From the human T2T-CHM13v2.0 reference genome, Homo sapiens: 64,000 nucleotides of DNA. The position numbers were made by a program, and so were the translations under genes. Below the pieces are notes generated by a model. That model did not search any database, had not been told where the DNA came from, and saw only the letters and a list, made by a program, of their open reading frames with translations. Of this stretch, positions 28,575 through 41,045 are shown piece after piece; within the stretch, counting starts at the first letter, position 1, and every line of letters begins with the position of its first letter. Location of the stretch: assembly GCF_009914755.1 (NCBI RefSeq), contig NC_060934.1; one strand, written 5' to 3'.

Positions 28575-28965
28575 AGCTATATATACACACACCATGGAAA
28601 ACTACTCAGCCACTAAAAGGGATGAAATAATGACATTTCCAGCAACCTGGATGGAGTCGAAGATTGTTATTCTAAGTGAAGTAACTCAGGAATGGTAAAC
28701 CAAATATCACATGTTCTCACTTGTTAGCAGGAGCTAAGATATGAGAACACAAACTCATAAGAATGAAGTAATGGATTATAGGGACTCAGGAGGAAGGGTG
28801 GTGGGAGGTGAGGGATAAATGACTACACATTGGGTACAGTGTACACTCCTTGATTGACAGATGCACCAAAATCTTAGGAATTTCCACTAAAGTATTTATT
28901 CGTGTAACAAACACCACCTGTTCCCTCAAACTATAGAAATAAAATTAAAAATAAATTAGAAAATA
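28575..28965 (+). mobile_element. L1PB (L1PB1-3-like) 3' end
   Basis: ccatggaaaactactcagcc...ttctaagtgaagtaactcaggaatgg...gactacacattgggtacagtgtacact...caccacctgttccc. Confidence 0.88.
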
Positions 28966-29274
28966 AAAATCATATTATTTCAAAAATGGAGAAAACATAT
29001 TTGATAAAATGCACTATACATTTATAATATTTAGCAAACCAGGGATAGAAGGAAATTTTATTTACCAATAAAGAACATCTATACTAAAACAACAAACAAC
29101 AAAAGCCCAGGGTTTGCCTTACAATAATTACATAAGAACATGGTGATTGTGGAACTCAAACATCATTATTTTTCAAAATCTGTTAGTTGACTAAATTTTT
29201 GCCAGGTTGAGAACCACTGCTCAAGAGGTACTTAATAAATAATTATTGTATCAAAAAAAGATAACCTGATAAAG

Positions 29275-31075
29275 CAATCTAATTTACATTAGCATAAAAA
29301 AGAATAAAATACTCAGAAATAAACTTGACTAAGTAGGAAACAGACTTGTACCTGGAAAATCATAAAACATTGATGGAGGAAATTAACAAAAAAACATAGA
29401 AAAGCATTCCATGTTCATAGATTGAAGATTTAAGTTGTTTTAGTTAATATGGACATTTTAACAATTGACAAATGCAGTGCAATCCCTATTTAAACTCCCA
29501 AGGTATTTTTTTACAGAAATAGAAAAAGAATTCTAAAATTTATATGGAACCAAACTGGACCCCCAGTTGCCAAAAACAATCTTGAGAAAGAAGAATAAAG
29601 GTGGAAGTTAAATCACACGTTCTGATTTCAGAATATATCATAAAGCTAGAACAATTACAACAGTATTTTACTGGCATAAAGACAGATGTACAGACCAATG
29701 GAACAAAAGAGACAGTCCAGAAATAAATCTAGGTATATGCAGTCATTGACTTTCACAAGGGTGCCAGGAATACACAATGAGGAAAGGATAGTCTCTTTAA
29801 TATATTATTTTTGGAAAAGTGGATACCAACGTGCAAAAGATATGAATTTGGACCTTTACACTATACACAAAAAATCAACTCAAAGTGAATTAAAGACTTA
29901 AAAATAAGTCTTGAAACTATAAAACTTATTAAAGAAAACATGGAAAAATCATAACATTGGTTTTGAAAATGATTTTTTGAATATGACAGCAAAAGCACTA
30001 GTAACAAAGCAAAAATAGACAAGTGGGACTATATCAAAACAAAATACTTCTGCATGGCAAAGGAAATGATAGAAGATACAGTGTATAGAATGAGAGAAAA
30101 TATTTGTAAGACATTTATTAGATAAGGGGTCAATTTCTAAAATAAGCTAAGAACTTCTAAATCAATAGCAAAAACAAAACAAAACAAACATACAATTACC
30201 TGTTTAAAAATGGGCAAAGGATTTGAATAGCTATTTCTCCAAAGAAGGTGTACAAATAACAGATAAATGAAAAGGTGCTCAATATCACCAATCACCAGAG
30301 AAGTGCAAATCAGAATTACAATGACATATCTGCTCACACTTGTTAGGATAACTATTACCAAAAAAAAAAGATAATGAGCATCGATGAAGATGTGGAAAAT
30401 TGGAACCCTTTTACATTGTTAATAGAGATACAAAATGGGGCAGAGGATATGGAAAACAAAGGAGGCGCCTCAAAAATCTAAAAATAGAATTGCTGTTTGT
30501 TCTAGCAGTCATACCTCAAAGTGTTTATCAAAATATTGACACCAAGATCTCAAATAAATATTAGTATCCGATGTTCATTGCAGCAACACTCACAATAGCA
30601 AAGATGTAGAAATAACTTAGATGTCCATCAATGGAATGGATAAAGAAAATGTTGTATAAACATACAATGGAATATTATTCAGCTCCATGAAAGAAGGAAA
30701 CTCTACAATACGCCATGATGTGGACGAACCTTGAGAACTTTATGCTAAGAGAAATAAGCTAGTAACAGAAAGATAAATACTTTATGATTCCACTTAAATC
30801 AGCTATCTAAAGTATTCAAACTCATGGAAACAAAGAGTAGAATGTTGGTCACCAAAGGATGGGTGGAGCGGGGAGGAAATTGCTAATCATAGGGCATAAA
30901 GTTTCAATTGTGCAAGATGAATAGATTCTAGACATCTGCTTTACAACATTGTGCCTAGAGTTAATAATACTGAATTGCAAGCTTAAAAATTTGTTAAGAG
31001 AACAGATCTCATGTTAAGTGTGGTAAGACACTTAACATTACCATATTACATTAAAATAAAATGTAAAAAAAAAAT
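29275..31075 (+). mobile_element. L1MA9/10-L1MB1-like, 5'-truncated
   Basis: Continuous ORF2 3' homology and 3' UTR ending ttgttaagagaacagatctcatgttaagtg, then an A-rich tail. Confidence 0.88.
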
Positions 31076-33435
31076 TTTAAATATAACTAGATCCAAATGC
31101 TTTGCTTCAGAAAGAACGTGCCATTGTAAAGTATCATCACCAGATAGTGATTTTAAAATTGTTTTAATAAATGTAAGTTATAAATATTACATGATTTTAA
31201 ATATGTGAAAAATAATTTTAAATATTTTAGTATTTTAAATATTAAATTATTTTCTCCTCCTTTCACAAATTATTCTAAAATTCTCTCAAGCTTGTGAGCA
31301 CTGATGCTTGTCTAAGTGTCTTATCTGATGAGGTGACCTGGACCTACATTCCTGATGTTTATGAGCAGCTAGTCACCTTGCCTTTCGCAGTTTATGGCTT
31401 ATTCACCTCTTATGAAATTTGGATTGGTGGTCTGAAGAGTTGCTCAAGTAATTGTCAGGTTGCAATCATATTATTATCTACCCCATTTTTAATAGAAGCA
31501 CTACTTTATCCAGATCTTTTTTTGTTCGTTTTTCTGGGCTCTTGGCACAAGAAGTTTAAAGTGACTAAGCTACAGCCATAGTTTGACATTTAATGGGACC
31601 CTTTCAGTGTCTCTTGGAAGCATTTTCCTTATACTGTATGAGCCGATGAGAAACAGGACTTCAAACTGACGAAACCTAAATATGGGTGAACAGGAAAAGC
31701 AAATCCTCCAAATAGGTCAATGGTAATCATGGAAAGTGAGGTGACTCCTAATTTATTTACTGGTTTAACAACAGTGTTTTTTAATTATTGGGGTTACAAA
31801 TCCATATTTGAGTCATTGATTTACAGAAACCTCCTTTCAGGTATCCTATATAAGCTGACACCACAGCCATACGTTCAACAGGTGATTATATAGTTCTATC
31901 AGCTTGGCAATTTCTGGTTAATGAGACATTAAGAGGAATGATGACTTATTGGGCCAATTTCATACCTTCTTTGCTGCAAGTATATCTCTAATTTTATGGG
32001 AGAAACATTCCTAAAACCCTTGGATAGTGTAATAAGACATCTATAGGTGAGAGAAACACACTGAAATCCAAAATGTGTGTCTACTGCTGTTAAAATAAAT
32101 GACTACCCTTTCCGGGGAGAAAAGTGTCCATTAAAGTGCACTTGCTGCCAAGTGTGTGGTTGGTCTTCAGAAGAATATTGCCATATCAAGGACTCAGAAT
32201 TGATTGTCATTAACATTATGTTGAACATTTCCCTGGAGGAGAAAGTAGATCAGCCTTAGCTAGTGTGACTCCAAGCTATTGGATCCATTGATCACTTCCA
32301 TTCCTGTCACTATAGGGACACTCTTCATGTGCCAATTATGCTTGTACTATGATGCTGAGGTGAGCAGATGGCTGATGTCAAGTGGCCCAGTTGTTTTTGT
32401 CTCCTTGGTGGTTCATTCCTTATTCTGCAGTGGATAAACTGACTAGCATTAACACAGGACATACAAACACATATTTATGTTTCATGCCCACTCCCACAGA
32501 TTCAGCTTCATGCTTCCCTTTCCTTCAACCCAGACGTCTTTGTCTTTGATATTTCAATTATTCTCCTTCCAGGCCTCCGACCAGTGAGCCAAGTCATGTA
32601 CCTATTCTAATTCCAGGCCCCCTCATTTTTCACATTAAATGGATAAGTGCATGCATTGCTTGAAGAAATGCCAAACGGAAGGATTTTTCCTTCAGTGATC
32701 ATTTCAGGACCACCCCTGAGTGAGGCTGTAGTGCAACCACAACCCACGTACCCAGTTATACCCAGCTATTATTCCAACCTATCTGTGAACAAAACCTGGC
32801 ATTTTTTGCTCCTTGATTAGCTGATGATAAAAAACTTTCCACATGGTCATATTTGAGAGCTGGAGAACAGGTACTGGTGTAACATTATTAGATCACATGG
32901 AGATCTGGAGGTACCTCCTTGTTCTTATTCCTGGATATATTACTTATACCTTACAACTCAGTGATGCTGGGACTGGCCAGCCTTAAGACATAGTGGGTCT
33001 GGCAGAACCCAGCTTATAGTAGGCAGTTTCAGTCACACTGTCACTTGATTTCTCCATCTCTACCAGGACCCAATAGCTCACAAAATACTGCTCTTTGAAA
33101 AATGTTTAACTCTTTGATACAAATATCACAGACTAGCTACAGAATTATAGGTATTTATGTTTTGATACTCTGATTGGACTTGTCTTGAACTCCAGAGTAG
33201 TTTCTTATTTGTTTGCTTATTAGTTTATTTTTACAACAGATACCATAAGTTTGTAAACCAATATGGCCAAGGTGGCGACAGTGTTTGTACCACAGCCCAG
33301 ACCTGCAGCCAAATCTTTTACTGTTTTGGTCCCCATTTAAATCTGACAGGCTTAAAAAAGAATTACTCTGTATATGGATCAGATTAACATTCCCACTAAT
33401 ATTCTACCTTAAGTATGTAAAGAAATCTGCGAGAT

Positions 33436-33791
33436 TGCTATGATTTGAATATGTCCCTGAAAATTTCATGTGTTGGAAACTTAATCCCTAATGCAACAGT
33501 GTTTAGAGGTAGGTCCAAATAAAAGATACTTGGGTCATGAGGGCACAGCCCTCATGAATGGATTAATATTGTTATTGCAAGAGTAAGTTATAAAATGTCT
33601 GGTCCCTCTCTTTGTTTTGCACTCTTGCACACACTCCTCCACCTTCGACCATGGGGATGACTCTTGTCAGATGACAGTACCATGCTCTTGGACTTCCCAG
33701 CCTTTAGAACCATGAACCAAACAAAGCTCTGTTCTTTATAAATTACCCAGAGTGTGATATCCTGTTATACCACAGAAAATGAACTAAGACA
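33436..33791 (+). mobile_element. MSTC/MSTD-like MaLR solo LTR
   Basis: tgctatgatttgaatatgtccc...catgtgttggaaacttaatcc...gaactaagaca; TSD gagat/aagat (4/5). Confidence 0.88.
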
Positions 33792-33980
33792 AAGATACTG
33801 TGCTCCCTTCTCAATAGTGAGGGTTGTGAGATTCAATATTTTATGTATTCCCATGAAGAGGGTATACCAGCATGTCTGAAAAAACTCTACTCCTAAATAT
33901 GTCACTAACATGGTGGGGCAATGAATTTTTGTAAGGTTTGTCTTTCACCTTCTGAAATGCCTGTGTCTTACCAAGGTTTC

Positions 33981-36308
33981 TGATATGGTTTGGCAGTGTC
34001 GCCACCCAAATCTCATCTTGAATTGCAGCTCCCATAATTCCCACATGCTGTGGGAAGGACCCAGTGGGAGGTAACTGAATCATGGTGGTGGGTCCCTCCT
34101 GTGCTGTTCTCATGATAGTGAATAAGTCTTATGAGATCTGCTGGTTTTATAAAGGGGAGTTCCTCTGCACACACTCTCTTGCCTGCCACCGTGTAAAATG
34201 TGATTTTGCTCCTCCTTCACTTTCCACTATGATTGTGAGGCCTCCCCAGCCATGTGGAACTGTGAGTCAATTAAACCTCTTTCCTTTATAAATTACCCAG
34301 TCTCAGGCATATCTTTATCAGCAGTGTGAGAACAGACTAATACAGTAAATTGGTACCAGGTAGTGAGGCACTGCTGTAAAGATACCCAAAAAATGTGGAA
34401 GCGACTTCTTTGGAACTGAGTAACAAGCAGAGGTTGGAACAGTTTGGAGGGCTCAGAAGACAGGAAGATGTGGGAAAGTTTGGAACTTCCTAGAGACTTG
34501 TTGAATGGCTTTGGCCAAAAAGCTGATAGTAATATGGACAATAAAGTCCAGGCTGAGGTGGCCTCAGATGGAGATAAGGAACTTGTTGAGAACTGAAGGA
34601 AAGGTGACTCTTGTTATGCTTTAGCAAAGAGACTGGTGGAATTTTGCCCCTGCCCTAGAGATCTATGGAACTTTGAACTTGAGAGAGATGATTTAGGGTA
34701 TCTGGCAGAAAAAATTTCTAAGCAGCAAAGCATTCAAGAGGTGATTTGGGTGCTGTTACAAGCATTCAGTTTTATGTATTCACAAAGATATGGTTTGGAA
34801 TTGGAACTTATGTTTAAAAGGGAGCCAGAGCATAAACATTTGGAAAATTTACAGCTTGATGATGTGATAGAGAAACAAAACCCATTTTCTGACAAGAAAT
34901 TCAAGTTGGCTATAGAAATTTGCATGAGTAATGAGGAACCAAATGTTAATCCCCATGACAATAGGGAAAATGTCTCCAGGGTGTGTCAGAACTCTTCATG
35001 GCGGCCCTTCCCATCACAGACCCAGAGGCCTAGGAGGAGAAAATGGTTTTGTGGGCCGAACCCAGGGCCTTGCTGCTTTGGGCAGTCTCAGGACTTGGTG
35101 GCCTGCATCCCAGCCATGGCTAAAAGGGGCAAATGTACAGCTCAGGCACCCTTCGGAGGGTGCAAGCCCAAAGCCTTGGTGGCTTACACATGATGTTGGA
35201 CCTGCAGGTGCACAGAAGTCAAAAATTGAGGTTTGGGAACCTCCACCTTGATTTCAGAGCATGTATGGAAATGCCTGAATGTCCAGGCAGAGATGTGCTG
35301 CAGGGGTAGAGCCCTCATGGAGAACCTCTACTAGGGCAGTGTGGAAGGGAAATGTTGGTAAGAGCCCCCACACAGAGTCCTCACTGGGGCACTGCCTAGA
35401 GGAACTATGAGAAGAGGGTCACCATCTTCCAGACCCACAATGGTAGATCCACTGACAGCTTGCACTGTGCACCTGGAAAAGCTGCAGACACTCAACATCA
35501 GCCTGTGAAAGTAGCCAGGAGGGGGTGCTGTACCCTGCAAAGCCACAGGGTTGAAACTGTCCAAGGCCATGGGAACCCACCTCTTGCACCACTGTCACCT
35601 GAATGTGAGACATGAAGTCAAAGGAGATTATTTCAGAGCTTTAAGATTCAATTGCTGCCTTGTGGGATTTCAGACTGACATGGGGCCTGTGGCCCCTTTG
35701 TTTTGGCCAACTTCTCCCATTTGGAATGGCTGTATTTACCCAATGCCTGTACCCTAATTTTATTAGGAAGTAACTAACTTGCTCTTTGATTTTACAGACT
35801 CATAGGCAGGAGGGACTCGCGTGGTCTCAGGTAAGACTTTGGACTTAGACTTTTGAGTTAATGCTGAAGACTTTGAGGGATTGTTGGGAAGGCATAATTA
35901 GTTTTGAGATGTGAGGACATGAGATTTTAGAGGTGCCAGGGGCAGAATGATATGGTTTGGCTGTGTCCCCACCCAAATCTCATCTTGAATTGTAGCTCCC
36001 ATGATTTCCACATGTCATGGAAGGGACAGGGTGGGAAGTAATTGAATCATGGGGCAGGTCATTCCTGTGCTGTTCTCGTGATAGTGAATGAGTCTCATGA
36101 GATCTAATGGTTTTATAAAGGGGAGTTTCCTATACATGCTCTCTTGCCTGCCACCATGTAAAACAAGACTTATCTCCTCTTTCATTTTCTGCTGTGATTG
36201 TGAGGTCTCCCCAGGCATGTAAAACTGTGAGTCAATTAAACCTCTTTCCTTTATAAATTACCCAGTCTTGGTATGTCTTTATTAGCAGCATGAGAACAGA
36301 CTAATATA
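33981..36308 (+). mobile_element. Full-length THE1B element (LTR-internal-LTR)
   Basis: 5' LTR 33981-34344 (364 bp), internal 34345-35947 starting gtaaattggtacca, 3' LTR 35948-36308; TSD gtttc/gcttc (4/5). Confidence 0.94.
34636..35193 (+). pseudogene. Remnant of the THE1 internal (MaLR) ORF, 185 codons open
   Basis: FCPCPRDLWNFELERDDLGYLAEKISKQQSIQEV is the typical MaLR internal translation. It starts at GTG and has stops upstream. Confidence 0.75.
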
Positions 36309-37499
36309 GCTTCCAATATTTTTTCATTTATTGCCAATGTGATTTGATTACCATGATGTTATACTTTTATTGAACTGGCTTTAGTATTGTGTTACATGGC
36401 CAGAGGGTCCAGATCCTTTTAGTTCCCATTGTTACAGAGGTTGAAAAGGTAACAAAGGCCTAGGAAATTACTATCAATGTATACTTTTATCCATTGCAAG
36501 TGAATGCAAACTGTTTCTTTTTAAATTTATGGTAACAATGGGACAGCATTTCCTAGGTCAGTAGCCACCTGTCATATAACAGAGGCAGTGTTCATATGTT
36601 TCAGCAAAGTTCTTGTATAAGCATATGCTGCTATAGGGTTTACTATGTGTGGAAGACCACTGTTATCCTCCAGGATCTGTCTGGCTTTTGTGAGAACTAG
36701 ACTAGTGCATTAATAATATGATTAGGATCACTATCCCTACATTTTTCGGGTTTTAAAGTATATTGCTAAACTGCAGTTTTTTCCAGGATAGATTTTCTTT
36801 TTTTTTGCCATCTCTATCTGCAAAGTTTTCCAATTGAGTTTTCCCATCATCATATCTCTTACCTAACCAGTCAGGGAACCAAACAGCAAGAGATTATGAC
36901 TGTTTATTAGGCTAGCTTTCCTCAACCATGTGATCATATAATCATCATTTCTTTTGCTTATATAGATTGAAAAATTCCGTTTTTTTCCAGATGTAATCTT
37001 GCCCATAGAGATCCCATGTTCTAGTAACCATCTCTAGAGTTCTATGTGGGTCAAATGTCCCTGATACCTATTCTAATCTTGATAGATTTATAATAATTGT
37101 ATAGAGCTTTCTTCTTGTCATTAAACAATGCCACCTGGACTCTCCTATTTCTTGAATATCATCCTTTTAGTTATTCACCGAGCCCATTTCAATATGCTTT
37201 CTCCTAATTTTAGTTCTGACCTAGGCACCACTGAACTTCTTAATGTGCCGTTCTCACAAGCACCTTCCTTGTTGTTTGGTAAACAAAGTATTAGACAAGC
37301 CCTCTTGTGAATAATAGTCATCCATAGGTGGCATATCTATTCTACTATATACTTTTTGTGAATTTTTAATTAGTTTCTTCCACTGTCTCCCATGGTAACT
37401 CCTGCATCGTTACTTTACTTGATGGATCTTTGCTTTCTCCAAGCTTTTAAAAACCATCACAGCAGACTTTCAGTATTGTACCATTTCCTCATTCTATTC

Positions 37500-38230
37500 C
37501 TCTTATCTTATAGCCTCACTTTTCCCTCTATTTTTCATGTCTTTATGTGATTAATTATGAGAAAATTTTTTTATATCTTTCTTGAGATTTATAATTTTTT
37601 CTTCCATGGTGTTTGATTTAATGATGAAACTTTTTATTAAGTTTTGTTAAATTTCAAAAAATTAATTTTTATTTTTAGTTTATATTTTTAAACTGTATCA
37701 TTACTTTGATAGTATTTTACTGCTTGATGATTATTTTGTTCCATCTTTTATTTACTACAAATATGTATAATAAAATACAAATATATTTTGATTAAAGGGT
37801 AAACAGATTTTCAGAAGTTACTGTGAAACAGCAATGACTAAAAATTAACTTTTGTCCAGGCTTTTTGTTTTTTGTGGAAAGGCCCTTTGAGTATCTAGTT
37901 TCCAATTCTGCCAGAATTACAAAGCATTATTTTTTTTAGTTCTTTTTATTTGCATTGATTCTATAGGTGAAAAAAAATTTTATGTTGATTAATTCACATT
38001 GTTGTCACTTCTAGTGAGGCAGTACTTTCCCCATGTATTTATTGACCATTTTCACTTCATCTTCTGTTGGTTGTCTATGTAGGTCTTATATCATTTCAAA
38101 AATGAATTGTTTCTCTTTCCCTCATCAATTTCTAGACACGTTTTTCTGCATTCATAATATGAGTTTCCCTTCTCATATGCATAAATTTTTTCTCAACCAT
38201 TATTTATTTATTGCTTTTGTATATGATGTC
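37500..38230 (-). mobile_element. Very old L1M fragments
   Basis: T-rich L1-like text, e.g. catgtatttattgaccattttcacttcatcttctgt; weak similarity. Confidence 0.4.
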
Positions 38231-39249
38231 TATTAAAAAAGAAAATATGGATAGCCAGATGTATATTTAGAAACTTTTTCAGAAATAGGGCATACATTCT
38301 CCTATGGTACAGCTAAAACCCTTATGGGCTTTCTACTGTTCTGAGAGTTCTCCAGCCTCCCCTTCCATCCCACACACGCACTGATTGTCCAGTGGGTAGG
38401 GATAAGTCAAAGCGCAGACCATTTCCCCAAGGACACTTTGAATATTTCCCTGCAAATCTTTTACTTCCCCTATTCTGGAGAATTTTGTTCAGCCAGAAAA
38501 TGAGATATACCGTCTATTCATCTATGTTTTGAAATCTATTTCTTGTTCCCTGGCTGAGTCTTTCAGAACTTACGCTTTTGAAATACAGGAGGAAATTGTT
38601 GTCTTTATTGATTTCTATATTTGGTTCTTTCATTCTCTTAAAAAAATAGCAGTAAAGATAAAACATCCATACTATTTCTTGAATGGGGAACTAATGGTGT
38701 GACATGAAGTGTGTACATGGGAAAGACATATCAAAATCCATCAAAATAGAATTATAATTAATATGAAATAACATAACAGATATTATATAATGGGATATAA
38801 TGCAATTTAATATATGCAGATACCAAAAATGTTTTAAAAATCGCAACCATTTTTAATAAAATATCGAACTAAGTCTAAGGCCAAGAGAAAACTTTGTAGA
38901 AAATAATGACCTGTATCGAACTATTAAAACGAAAAATAGGCAAGTATTTTACTATTTCCATTGATATTTAACATTGTTTAGGAAGTTCTAGATTCTATAA
39001 TTGAAAGAATATACAAAAATTGAAAAAAGGAGGCAAACATAGTTCCATGTTTATATATCTAAAAACACCTGAAGAGACAATTTAATTCATGATAGAGAAT
39101 GACTTCCCTTTCCATCTAACCATATGCTAATTAGTGAGTTATGTTTCATGAAACTCTCTACTTCCAAACATTTGCATATCTGTTACCCTCTTTTTAAGTG
39201 TTGTCTTATTGCTTCTCTTCCTTGTCTTTATTCTACTACTTCATAGATG

Positions 39250-41045
39250 CAATAATTATCGAAGTGTCTTTCCTTAGGCTTCTTTTTTTCACTTGCTACC
39301 ATATCCCCACAAGAATCACATTCTGTCTCTAAGTTAAGTTTTTCCTCTTTCATAGGAATAAAACTCATGTACCCACCAAGACCTCACTGAGAACTCTAGA
39401 TCCACCAATATATTTCTAGAGGAAGTAAGCCTAAAAGGAAAAATACTAGAATATGGTAGCCACCACAGTAAAAAAAAAAAGTAAACAGCAAACTTTACAG
39501 AAAATGCTTACTTGTAAGTACTTCTCTTAAAATAAAAAGCAAGGCAAGTGGCTATTTAATGATGTTTGAACATCTCTAGATAAGAAGAAAATATAAATAG
39601 AAAAATTAGTACAATAGCCTGGAGGACATCCTTCACGCTGGCGGACTTCCCTGTGTGATAAGCACCTTAACCTCAACAGTAACAAGACTGCATACCTCCT
39701 GCTTTCCGAAAAACTTACCTCTGCTCATTGCTCTGACTGCCCTCATTCAAATAAGATCATTCTAGTCATTCAGGTTTGAAATCATCTTTGAATTCCTCTC
39801 CCTTTTCACATCCTTTTTATTCTATCTCTGTGATATTGCAAAACTTGCTGCCCTTCTCACCATTCCACTGACATTTTCTTATTTCAGATTCTCTTTACCT
39901 TATACTTTTTAAAACAAATTCAAATGTCTAAGGCATTCTGAACATACTTTGCCACATTTATCTTATTGCTGTATTTATCTTTTAAAAAGTGATATAGTTT
40001 GGATATTTGTCCCCTCCAAATTTCATGTTGAAATCTGATCCCCACTGTTGGAGGTAAGGCCTAGTGGGAGGTTTAAATCATGGGGTTATTATGAATGGCT
40101 TAGGATCATCACCTTGATGATGAGTGAGTTCTTACTCTGTTAGTTCACGTGTTAGTTCATCTGTTAGTACTTACTCTGTTAGTTCATGCTTGTTGATGAA
40201 AGAGTTCTTACTCTGTCAGTTTATTCATCTTTAAACAAATGACTCCTATTTAAAGGAGTCTGGCACCTCCTCCTCTCCCTTGCTTACTCTCTCATGCTGT
40301 GACATATTGGGTCTCTTTTTGCTTTCTACCATAGTTGTAAGTTTCTTGAGGCCCTCACCAAAGCAGATGCCTGCACTATGCTTCTGGTACAGTCCACAGA
40401 ACCATGAGCCAAAATAAACCTCTTTTCTTCATAAATAACCCAGTCTCAGGTATTTATGGTAACACAAATGGGCTAATACAAAATGTTGCATTAATAACAT
40501 CTGCCACAATAAAGAAGGAAAACAAAACCTGAAATGGATATCTATCACCTCCTAAAAACTTAGCCTGCCAATTTAGGTCAAAACAGAGGTCAGTCCATCC
40601 TTACACCTTGCTACTCCTTTTCTCACACTCCAAGTTCTAAAGATGTTGAGCTTCTTGTAGTTCTCCCAAATCCTCTTCATTTCTCAACTCTGAGAGTTGA
40701 TTTACAAGCACCCTCCATCTCTAATCTCTTTCTTCTTCATCATTTCATGTTAAAACTCACCCATTATTTAAGGTACAGTTTAAATGCCATCTCCTTAATG
40801 TAACACTCCAGCAGAAACAATCATTCCTTTCTCTGAACTCCATTACATTTTATCTTCGCAATTCCTATGGCATTCATTTTCTCAATTTTACATCACAGTG
40901 ATTTCCACCATTCTTTCCTTACCTGATTTGAACTTAAAGTTTGAAACCAGAACTGTGACTTGAACTTTTTTTTTGTCTCCATATTATTAAGTAGAGTGCT
41001 TTCAGGGAGCAGATAATGATTACTTATTTAAAAATTGAATACGTT
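39250..41045 (+). mobile_element. L2 LINE 3' portion, interrupted at ~39413-39615 and by an MSTB LTR
   Basis: agacctcactgagaactctagatcc | gcctggaggacatc...gcaccttaacctcaac; tttaaggtacagtttaaatgccatctcctt. Confidence 0.65.
39990..40480 (+). mobile_element. MSTB/MSTB1 solo LTR with internal patchwork insertion
   Basis: tgatatagtttggatatttgtcccctccaaa...aaataaacctcttttc...gctaataca; TSD aaaag/aaatg (4/5). Confidence 0.9.

Larger units (their letters stand above)
31280..37450 (-). mobile_element. Highly degraded class III (ERVL-like) internal region with RT, RNase H, integrase and dUTPase-like remnants, interrupted by MST and THE1B
   Basis: Minus-strand similarity to HERV-L pol: RT caaaagccagacagatcctggaggataacagtgg...gctactgacctaggaaatgc (~36545-36692); RNase H ttgttcacagatagg...gcactacagcctcactcaggggtggtcctgaa (~32700-32800); integrase N-terminus tggcacatgaagagtgtccc...ggaatggaag (~32290-32335); dUTPase-like aatgcttccaagagacactgaaagggtcccattaaa (~31590-31625). 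No intact ORF. Confidence 0.72.

Noticed and set aside
29100-29222. Possible MER5-type hAT fragment ending ggttgagaaccactg
   Set aside because: Only one terminus is recognisable; too weak to list.
34636-35757. Cluster of long overlapping ORFs
   Set aside because: All lie within the THE1B internal sequence and reflect its higher GC content and ancestral ORF.
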